A stretch of 64,000 nt of DNA. Source: Macrostomum lignano. Lineage: Eukaryota. Of this stretch, positions 46,037 through 64,000 are shown one piece after another. The DNA is taken from contig NIVC01002450.1 of NCBI GenBank assembly GCA_002269645.1, positions 1 to 64,000 on the forward strand. Reading direction: 5' to 3'. Every line of letters starts with the position of its first letter. The stretch's first letter is position 1. The notes under the pieces are model-generated. The model made no database searches. It was not told where the DNA came from and saw nothing but the letters and a program-made list of their open reading frames with translations. The position numbers and the translations under genes are program-made.

Positions 46037-46889
46037 GTGAGAATTCAATTATTATCAGTACCAAACCTCTAATTTGGTTTGCTTGGCAGAGAGGTTTTCT
46101 CTTCGATCGTAAAGCTATTTATATTATTTAAAGTATTTTAAATTAAGTGTTTTTGGCGCAGATAAACTTACTCCTTCATAAAACTGATAAGATCAATAAA
46201 AAGTTTTATAATTGGTTTTTTATTGTCGCGACAATTATCAAAGCTTTTTTAGCTATTTTATTTCACGCAGACCTACCTGATAAGCTGCTAGCTAAAGTAC
46301 CGACTCGAGTTCGGATTCCCGTGCGCGGCTAAATTGGTATGGAACAAGAAAATATTAATGTAAAAATCACCTTTTTTGTACAATGCGACTTGTCGAGTAG
46401 TTCCTACCTATTGCCGCCAAAAATGAAACACATCAGTGTTTCATAAAATATCTGAACGAAACTACAAAATTGCGTGAACTGTTGCCCTCAGTAGCGCTAA
46501 ATAACTCATCGGATAGGGAAATTTGATGCAGATAAAAATGTCATTAGTTTTTTTCCGCTATCGCTATCAGTTGCGGATTATTGCCGGCTTGCGAAGAAGG
46601 CAATAAAAAATATGAGCTTAGCATCCAACAGCAAAGATTATAGCGTCTGTGAAACTCATTCCGCATTGACAATGCACTGTTTTTCCTATTCGATATTGCC
46701 TTCTAATTAGTTTCTTAGTTATGTTAGCTTGGATCAATGTGGAACTCTGAATACTAGTTTTTTCCGCTTGCCATGAAAGTGAAAGTGATACAGATCACTT
46801 TCGGTATGTGTGCGTATTGATCTATGCGAACCTTTATCGATGTCTACAGAATACCAATGTAGCTCATTGATTACTGTCCATGTCTGTAG

Positions 46890-48010
46890 ATGTCATTATC
46901 AATGCCTATGGATATGTGTAAATCACTATCAATGCCTATAGATCAATGTGAATCACTATCAATGTCTGTATATCAATGTGAACCACTATCAATGTCTGTA
47001 TATCAATATGAATCACTATCAATGCCTGTAGATCAATGTGAATCACTATCAATGTCTGTATATCAATGTGAATCACTATCAATGTCTGTAGATCAATGTG
47101 AATCACTATCAATGCCTGTATATCAATGTGAATCACTATCAATGTCTGTATATCAATGTGAATCACTATCAATGTCTGTAGATCAATGTGAATCACTATC
47201 AATGTCTGTATATCAATATGAATCACTATCAATGCCTATAGATCAATGTGAATCACTATCAATGCCTGTATATCAATGTGAATCACTATCAATGTCTGTA
47301 TATCAATGTGAATCACTATCAATGTCTGTAGATCAATGTGAATCACTATCAATGTCTGTATATCAATGTGAATCACTATCAATGTCTGTAGATCAATGTG
47401 AATCACTATCAATGTCTGTAGATCAATGTGAATCACTATCAATGTCTGTATATCAATGTGAACCACTATCAATGTCTGTATATCAATGTGAATCACTATC
47501 AATGCCTATAGATCAATGTGAATCACTATCAATGCCTGTAGATCAATGTGAATCGCTATCAATGCCTATAGATCAATGTGAATCACTATCAATGCCTATA
47601 GATCAATGTGAATCACTATCAATGCCTCTGGATCAATGTGAATCACTATCAATGTCTGTAGATCAATGTGAATCACTATCAATGCCTATAGATCAATGTG
47701 AATCACTATCAATGCCTATAGATCAATGTGAATCACTATCAATGTCTGTAGATCAATGTGAATCACTATCAATGCCTATAGACCAATGTGAATCACTATC
47801 AATGTCTGTAGATCAATGTGAATCACTATAAATGCCTATAGATCAATGTGAATCGCTATCAATGCCTATAGATCAATGTGAATCACTATCAATGTCTGTA
47901 GATCAATGTGAATCGCTATCAATGTCTGTAGATCAATGTGAATCGCTATCAATGTCTGTAGATCAATGTGAATCGCTATCAATGCCTATAGATCAACGTG
48001 AATCACTACC
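46890..48010. repeat. 30-bp minisatellite upstream of the GPCR
   Basis: TCAATGTGAATCACTATCAATGTCTGTAGA. Confidence 0.95.
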
Positions 48011-48275
48011 ACGGTCTTCCATCGGTTTCACTTCTACTTAGCTTCGGCTCAGATTTCTATTCTGTAGACAGTTTATCAAGGGTTTGATTGGCTGATCGCT
48101 TCGGCTGTGGAGAGAAAGTTCTCGACCAATCGGGAGTCATTTAGAGGGACTCGACCCGGTTGTTAAAAGCTGTTGGCGCTGCAGTTTCGGCAACGCTTCT
48201 CTCTAGTAAACTAATATATCAACTAACTTTTGAACTGATCAAACTGAATATAGACAGAGCTGAACAACTAGCATC

Positions 48276-56099
<7,824 letters not shown>

Positions 56100-57229
56100 C
56101 GACAATTTTTCGATTTCGAAGTTTTGAAGTTTTATTTTCAAACGGAAAAGCAATGTTAAAAAGAGAAGAAAAAAGGGAACATACTGCAACCCTTTGGTGA
56201 AGAAAATGGCCTTCAAATTTTGATTGGCTGGTGATTTTAACAGTCTCTAGTTTTAGTAGTACGAAATCGTAACGATTTTACGCCTTTAGAAAGCATGGAT
56301 TGTAAACTACTTATTCTAAGTAGTGAAACTCCCCGTACTCTACTTTCTTAGGAAACAAGGTGTTGTTTAGGGCCAGGGGAACGCGGGTTTATAACACAGT
56401 TGAGTCAGTACTGAGTCCGTACTACTATTGACTACTGACTACTAGTCTTCACTTGTACTTCTGTAGTGGCTTTTTTAACGATTATAAAAAATCGATATAA
56501 TTATTATAAAATTGGTTACAAATTCCTAGAGTTACGATATTTTATTGTAAATTTGTAAATTTTTGTTTTACTATTTTTCGTTGACAATTATAAGGAGGAT
56601 TGGTCATTGAGTTTCTTCGAAACTGTTTTGAAGGCTAAAATTTAAATTAACAATGAAAATGCAATTAATACGGGAAAATAAATGCCAACTTTAGTTACTT
56701 AAAGTACACGGCCTCATTTGAGCCTGATAAAAGATAAAAGAAGACAAAAAACGGGGAAGTTTTTGTACTCATAAAAACCGAGTAGCCTTCAATAAATGCT
56801 TTTTCCTAGAAATGAAGTGTCTCACTTATCTACGCACTTCTTTTTAGACTTTGTACTAATCTCTATTGAAAGTTGTGAAGATTTCTACACTCATAATCGT
56901 TCAATGTTGTTATTTTTCACTACTATTTTATAATTTTCTAAGTTTTTAGGCGCATTGTAATAACTAATATTAAAATTTCAAATATTGCATATTTTGTTAT
57001 ATTTTTCTCCGAGTTTTAATATTTACGCGCTACAACTAGCCTGGTCTTGCTTTGATTAATTCACTATTTTGATCTGCACTGCTTTGTATGTAAATATTTA
57101 TGTACTTTCCGTATATTACTATTGCTGCAGTGCATCTCCAGCCGCAAAGTTTAATAAGCTTTCATGAAGTCGATTATATGCTGGAAATCTCGAACACAAT
57201 TAAAGGAATTTCCATATTAAATTTGAAGA

Positions 57230-57560
57230 GAATTCAAGGAAATCTCAAGGAAATTTAGGAAATTTCGAGGAAATCCAAGGGAATTCCAAGGATATCTATT
57301 GGAATTACAAGGAAATCCATGGAAATTCCAAGGAAATCCAAGGGAATTCCAGTGAAATCCAAGGGAGTTCCAAGGGAATTCCAAGGGAATCCAAGAGAAT
57401 TCCAAGGAAATCGAAGAGAATTCCAAGGGAATCCAAGGGAATTACAAGGAAATCCAAGAAAATTCAATGGAATTCTGAGGAAATCCAAGAAAATCCGAGG
57501 GAATTCCAAGGAAATCTAAGGGAATTCCAAGGAAATCTAAGGGAATTCCAAGGAGATCTT
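57230..57560. repeat. GGAAATCC/GGAATTCC degenerate repeat
   Basis: GGAAATCCAAGGGAATTCCAA; related array at 61640-61950. Confidence 0.85.
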
Positions 57561-58504
57561 TAGAAATTACATGGAAACCCGAGTTATCTTCGTAAAATAT
57601 CTTAATTTTCTAGGATCGCTTCCAATTCTCCAAAAATTTAATCGAAGTTACAAAACAACTTGAAGAATGAATTGAAAATTTAGATGGTCTAGAAAACTAA
57701 GATTGAACATCCCACAAAACTCATGGACAAGTTTAACAGTTTGAGTCCATCCAAAAAAAGTTTTTGCGCCATTTTCTATTGTCATTTTTAATGTAAAATA
57801 ATTTTCAAAACAAGTGATACATACTTCTTATGTTGTTTTTTGCAACCCAAGGCCGTTGGTAACCCAATAGGCTTGTTGCAAACTTCGACTGCATTAGCTA
57901 TACATGACTGTACTAAATTGTCATTTATCCCTCTGTGTCTGTCTGTTGAGAACAATAAAATATGCCCTATTGTCCACCCCATCTCTCTCTCTCTCTCTCC
58001 CGCAGACTTTCCTAAGCGGCAAAAGTCACATGACTGCAAATACTCACTGCTCTCTCTATATATTCGAGCTAAATGTTTAAAAAGTCCAGTCAGTCTATTA
58101 CACCCTCCAACTGCCCCATAGTGTCACTTCAGCGCTGCTCCTATTCATCAACTACTATGGCTTGACAGACAAATACACTATTATATATATATTATATACT
58201 CCGAAGTAGATTGCTAAACTAAGGCTTGCTAGCAATTGTAGCTTCTTTACAGCTCTGTTAGCTGTGGCTGGCTGATTAATTGTATTGACTCTGCAGAGTC
58301 GGTTAGCCGCGCCTCCATAATTAAATAATAATGGCTGATCTGAATCTAGAGCAGGCCATGGCGGGACCTTCAATGGCAATGAGAGAGGAGGAAAAGTAGA
58401 AAATGGTAAATAGGAAGTTTAGAGTAGAAGCAGAGAGGCGGATTAGAGATAGAGAGTAGAGCAGAGATTGGAGATAGGAAGTAGAGAGTAGATTTGTATC
58501 ACCT

Positions 58505-59265
58505 GTGAGTGTCAGATGTCTTATCTGTGAGTGTGATATGTCCTATCTGTAGGGTGTGAGATGTCTCAACTGAGGGTGTGAGATGTCTCATCTGTAGGGT
58601 GTGAGATGTCTCAACTGTGGATGTGAGATGTCTCAACTGTGGGTGTGAGATGTCTCATCTGTAGGGTGTGAGATGTCTCAACTGTGGATGTGAGATGTCT
58701 CAACTGTGGGTGTGGGATGTCTCAACTGTGGGTGTGAGATGTCTCATCTGTAGGGTGTGAGATGTCTCAACTGTGGGTGTGAGATGTCTCATCTGTAGGG
58801 TGTGAGATGTCTCAACTGTGGATGTGAGATGTCTCAACTGAGGGTGTGAGATGTCTCAACTGTGGGTGTGGGATGTCTCATCTGTAGGGTGTGAGATGTC
58901 TCAACTGTGGATGTGAGATGTCTCAACTGTGGGTGTGAGATGTCTCAACTGAGGGTGTGAGATGTCTCAACTGTGGGTGTGATATGTCCTATCTGTGGGT
59001 GTGAGATGTCCTATCTGTGGGTGTGAGATGTCTCAACTGAGGGTGTGAGATGTATCAACTGTGGGTGTGAGATGTCTCAACTGTAGGGTGTGAGATGTCT
59101 CAACTGTGGGTGTGAGATGTCTCAACTGTGGGTGTGAGATGTCTCATCTGTGGGTGTGGGATGTCTCAGCTGTGGGTGTGAGATGTCTCATCTGTGGGTG
59201 TGAGATGTCTCAATTGTAGGTGAGAGATGTCTCATCTGTGGGTGTGAGATGTCTCATCTGTGAGA
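58505..59265. repeat. 22-bp minisatellite
   Basis: GTGAGATGTCTCAACTGTGGGT; inverted partner at 62385-62850. Confidence 0.95.
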
Positions 59266-59677
59266 ACAATCTCACTGATAGAGATTGGAGGTAAAGAGCA
59301 GATGCAAGGAGTAAATAATGAGTACAAAGGGAGATTTGAGAGCTGCTAGGCAGAGAAGAGACTAAGAATACAGAGGGATTACAATGATATACGAGGTAAG
59401 GATAACTGATTGAAAAGAACGAAGAGTTCAGTGGAGAGTAAAGAAGACATTAAACTAATTAATTATTGATACGATTTCTTGTTTTGCACATTTTCAACCC
59501 ATTAGCCGATCAACTTTAAACAGGTGCATTTTAAGGAGATTCTAAACTATAAAATTGCCCTAAATACAAGTTAATTAACTTTATCAACTAGCTAATATAT
59601 ATAGAGAGAGAGAATGACGTCAATGGGAGACTGCAGCATATAGCTCGCATAGTAGCACTGTTAGCGATTGTTGCTGT

Positions 59678-60017
59678 TGTTGTTGTTGTTGTTTATGACG
59701 GCCCAGCTGGGTCACCTGGTCATTGGGCCTACGGGAACGATCTGACTGCAACAAGGCACAGCCAGCCGTCATTGTCCCGCTCACCATAGGACAGGGGCCT
59801 TGCACCACCGCGTCGCCGCGTGAGTGTGCAGAGGGCATGTCGGCGAGCTTGCCACCAGGTCCACCAGGGTCAACCCCAGCAGAGGGGCCGTTATTCCAGC
59901 TTTCGTGTCCGTGGCCAGCGGACCTTCCACCCCACGCCTGACAGTCCAGCACTGGCGGCCAGCCCCGATGGGGTCTAGCCAGTGTCTGGAGCTGCTCGGA
60001 GGCCTGCTGGATGTGAG
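59678..60017 (-). mobile_element. 5'-truncated non-LTR retroelement (possibly RTE-like) insertion
   Basis: 14-bp direct repeat GCGATTGTTGCTGT at 59664-59677 and 60018-60031; (CAA)n tail on the minus strand at 59678-59693. Confidence 0.65.
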
Positions 60018-61639
60018 GCGATTGTTGCTGTAAAATGCGTGGGATCTCCCTGAGAAGGCCTTGTATCTGATTACATGGAATCCGAGTGCCAAATCTTCCT
60101 GAAATCCGCCATATTCGGACAACTTTAGACTGAAATTTAGCATCATATTCTGTGTTTCTGTTCGATAACCTCCAGCCTACAGTTGTATGGATAAGAATGA
60201 AGGCTCTTAGATCTCCTTGAGAATCGCCTCAATCAAGTTTCCGTAAAACAGGGACAGCCCCAACTCCCAATGGGCTGCACGTAAAGTTAATTAAAAAAAT
60301 AGTGAAGCACAGCCTGAGAAAGTCAGCCAAGTTAAATAAAGCACTAATCAGGAGCTTTAGACAGTTTGATAAGCTGAGAATCTGCAATCCAGAGTTCTGC
60401 CAATGTATTTCCTTTACACCGCAGCCAGCGCTAACAAATAAAGCATTCTGTTAATAATTAATAGCCAAACAAGCAGACAGATCTCATAATGAACTACATG
60501 ATAGAGTATGACATAAATAATGCAATAATAATATTATATATGTATATATTTATATGCAGAAACATGATTGTGTTTTCAAAACGCACAAAGATTAAATTTC
60601 GATACACAGGACTATAATCAGTAGTATCTGTAAGACATAAAAGCAGTCACACTGACGGGTGAACTCGCTTCTTGCATTCCATTAGAATTCTGTTTAACTG
60701 GCTGGGTGGAATATAAAGAGCGACTAGTAAAATACAACTGGTAGCGAGACTAGGGAGACTAAATAAAGACAGGCTTGGCCATAGACTAAGCTAGGCTTGC
60801 TGTCTCTCACTCAGAAGTTTTCGTGCTGTCTATGGCCCAACCAGTCTGCATTTGTTCTATACAGGCTTTCAAGTTAGGATGCACGTTTTATAACTTGACA
60901 TGAAAAACTGTACTTGATGAACCGGCAGGTTTATACACGTTTAGAATTTCCTAGACAGGCCAGATTATACTAAACAGACAACAAATAATAGCTTGATTAA
61001 TCCAATTATACTACTAAGAGATACAGAAAACAAAAACCGCCATATTTTTTGCGTGTAATAATATAATAATTATATTAATAAAGCTAAAAAAAGTAGAATG
61101 CCAAAAAATCACAATATAAATACTTATATCCACATGGTGTACTGAAAGCGATAAAAAACTAACGCAGAAGACAACACGTATTATGCCAAGCTTGAGTGCA
61201 AGTTAATAATATCGGATTAATAGCAATAATCGCCGTTCAGTTATTGCGAATGCCAAATCTAGAATTTGTTGACTGAAGACGAATGCATTAGAATGCAAGT
61301 GAACAGAATAGCGGCCAATCTGACAATGCAATAATGAAATTAAGAAATATCACAATAACAATATATCATACAACATATAGATAATCAATAGTAGAAACAG
61401 TAAGTTTAAGGAATTATTCAAAGCAATTTAAGCCATTCGATGTAAAAAGCTGGCAGGGGAGAGAGAAAGTATAAAAATCGAATAACCCAATTTACATAGC
61501 CAAATATTTTTTCTTCACGCTTCCAATTGGAATTCACAGGAATAAAAAGTTCGAATGGATCCAATCAATGGAATTGTATGAGAATCCGGGGAATTCAGCA
61601 TTAATATTCATCAATATGGAGGTTCAAATTAGGTCAAGA

Positions 61640-61950
61640 AAAATCCAGGGAAAATCCGTGGAAAATCCCCAGAGATAACCCAGTGAAAATCCGGTGAAAT
61701 ACGCGGGAAGTCCCATAGAGGAAATCCATGGGAAATAAGAGAAATATTTATGGGGAAAAACTGAGGAAATTCCATGAGAAAAAATCCGGGCAAATCAATT
61801 GGGGAAATCCGGCGGAATTTCCTTAGGGAAAATCCAGGGAAATACTTGGGGAAAGCCAAGGGAAATCCAAGAAAATCCGGGGAAATCCGAGGAAATCCGG
61901 GGGAATCCAGAGGGAATCCAGAAAGAATCCCGGGGGAATCCAAATTTACA
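61640..61950. repeat. GGAAATCC degenerate repeat
   Basis: Recurring GGAAATCC/GGAAAATCC. Confidence 0.75.
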
Positions 61951-61968
61951 GGAAAATTGGCGCTAAAG

Positions 61969-64000
61969 TCAGGCGGCAGACAGGATAATGAGATGGGCCG
62001 GATAACTGGCGGCAGAGTCCAACAGGTCTGAAGAACTGTCAGATTGAGAATCGCCAGTTGCCGAGGCGCCGGACACGAATGCGGACGAGCCGGCCGCGAC
62101 CGAGGCGGCCGCAGCGGCAATGGGATCGGCGTAGCCGCACCCGATGGACAGCAGGCGGCCTGGCCCGGCCGAGCACAGATGCCGGACGTAGGGTTCGTCC
62201 GGCCGGTGCAGCCGGACACAGAGCTGGCCGGGCGAGCTGGTGGCCGGATTGTAGCTGGCCACGTGGCCAGAGGCGGCACCGAGCACGAGTTCGAGGCCAA
62301 CGAAGGCCAAGGCGGTGATCTGGCAGTCGGTGGCTGTTCGAAAAAGGGCGGACCGCAGTGCGTGAGATTTTAAAGTCTTGGAAGATCTCACACCCTTAGT
62401 TGAGACACCCCACACCAACAGTTGAGACATCCCACACCAAAAGTTGAGACATCTCACACCCCACACTTGAGACATCTCATACCCCCAGATGAGACATCTC
62501 ACAACCTTAGTTCAGACATCTCACACCCACAGACAGACATCTCACACCCACAGTTGAGACATCTCACACTCACAGATGAGACATCTCACACCCACAGTTG
62601 AGACATCTCACACCCACAGTTGAGACATCTCACAACCACAGTTGAGACATCTCACACCCACAGATGAGACATCTCACACCCACAGTTGAGACATCTCACA
62701 CCCACAGTTGAGACATCTCACACTCACAGTTGAGACATCTCACACTCACAGTTGAGACATCTCACACCCTCAGTTGAGACATCTCACACCCTCAGTTGAG
62801 ATATCTCACACCCCAGATGAGACATCTCACATCCACAGTTCAGACATGTTACACCCGTATATGAGAATTTCACCTGAGAAGCCGGCCCCGGCCAGTGTGG
62901 CACCCAGCTCGGGCAGCAGCTCGGTCAGGCAGACCCTGCCAAGGTGCCGCCTGTCCTTGGCCGACCAGAGCTGCGCCACGCTGCCGGGAAAAGCGTAGCT
63001 GACTACCAGCTCGCCTCGCTCGTCAGAATCGATCAGAGCCGTCGTCTTTGTAGTCGCCTTTGAAGAATTCGCGGCCGCGGACGGTTGGCTAGCCAGTTCG
63101 GGATCGTCCAGCACCGCCAGCTGACGGACGGCCAGCGATTCGGCGAACGAGTGCACCGAGAGCCGGCCGCCGCGGTGGCCCAGCCAGAGTTCCCTGAAAT
63201 TGAGGGAATCAGTCAGGATTTGGTGTCACTACAGGGGAGACAGCGAAGTAAACAGGCTAAGACACAGGGGAGGAACCAGGGAGACACAGAGAAGCAACAG
63301 GGAAGACACAGAGAAGCAACAGGGAAGACACAGGGAAGCAACAGGGGAGACACAGGGAAGCAATAGGGAAGACACAGGGAAGCAACAGGGGAGACACAGG
63401 GAAGCAACAGGGGAGACACAGGGAAGCAACAGGGGAGACACAGGGAAGCAACAGGGGAGACACAGGGAAGCAACAGGGGAGACACAGGGAAGCAACAGGG
63501 GAGACACAGGGAAGCAACAGGGGAGACACAGGGAAGCAACAGGGGAGACACAGGGAAGCAACAGGGGAGACACAGGGAAGCAACAGGGGAGACACAGAGA
63601 AGCAATAGGGAAGACACAGGGAAGCAACAGGGGAGACACAGGGAAGCAACAGGAGAGACACAGGGAAGCGACAGGTGAGACACAGGGAAGTGAACAGGGG
63701 AGACACGGGAAGCAACAGGTAGAATTTGGGGATGCAAAAAACCGGGAGAGACACCATAGAAACCCCATAGCAACCAAGCCCCAGCTCACCCAGTATCCGG
63801 TAGGAAATGCGCCACAGTGGGCCGCAGCTCGAACGCCGGCGGTTCAACATCCGCCGCCGAAGGCGTCTGCTGCCGATAGGCCGCGCTGCCGTAGAGGCGC
63901 ACCCCGCCAGAGGCTAGAAATACCAGCACGGCGGGCCGCGCTGCCAGCAGCTGCTGGAATGAATCCTGCGGCTGCTGGCCCGGCCGCAATACGGGAATCT
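61969..64000 (-). CDS. 3' end of an LRRK/ROCO-kinase-like gene (C-terminal WD40 domain); last three exons, gene runs off the window
   Basis: Minus-strand exons >64000-63790, 63193-62874 and 62333-61969 join in frame at GT-AG sites. VSYAFPGSVAQLWSAKDRRHLGRVCLTELLP and CQITALAFVGLELVLGAASG...RLHRPDEPYVRHL resemble my recollection of invertebrate Lrrk C-termini (YTYLYPGCVVYQW..., CQISALAA..ELYIGTTWG...FRPYE). Kinase and ROC domains are not visible here. Confidence 0.55.
62385..62850. repeat. 22-bp minisatellite (reverse complement of 58505-59265), in the last LRRK-like intron
   Basis: ACCCACAGTTGAGACATCTCAC. Confidence 0.95.
63230..63720. repeat. 22-bp minisatellite
   Basis: ACAGGGAAGCAACAGGGGAGAC. 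Confidence 0.95.

Noticed and set aside
60777-60837. 10-bp inverted repeat GGCCATAGAC / GTCTATGGCC
   Set aside because: Too short and with no clear TSD. The CCATAGAC motif is scattered through the window and may be a MITE end, but this is not supportable here.

Overview
Eukaryotic (metazoan) genomic DNA. GC-rich spliced exons are separated by introns packed with minisatellites. This style is most consistent with a free-living flatworm such as Macrostomum, which is an inference only. Four protein-coding genes can be reconstructed by hand from GT-AG splice sites. (1) A complete 13-exon mitochondrial-type carbamoyl-phosphate synthetase on + (7838-26306, 1509 aa). It keeps the glutaminase Cys/His and the N-acetylglutamate pocket and is not fused to DHOase/ATCase, so it is CPS III-like. 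(2) A complete 9-exon NWD1/NWD2-like NACHT-WD40 protein on + (28195-45635, 1785 aa) with degenerate Walker A and B motifs and a C-terminal CaaX box. (3) A 5-exon orexin/allatotropin-receptor-like GPCR on + (48276-56099) with a 1-nt frame break in extracellular loop 2. (4) The last three exons of an LRRK-like gene on - (61969 to beyond 64000). Mobile elements are two tRNA-derived CORE-type SINEs, a non-autonomous P-element/THAP9-type relic with TIRs and an 8-bp TSD, a Harbinger-like MITE, a 5'-truncated non-LTR insertion with a 14-bp TSD, and an unclassified insertion flanked by 18-bp direct repeats. About 35 tandem arrays are present. The most striking unexplained structure is that three exons are each bracketed by two arrays of the same minisatellite in inverted orientation. 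One further array has amplified a 5' splice site 12 times. No prokaryotic features, CRISPR arrays, rRNA or true tRNA genes are supported.
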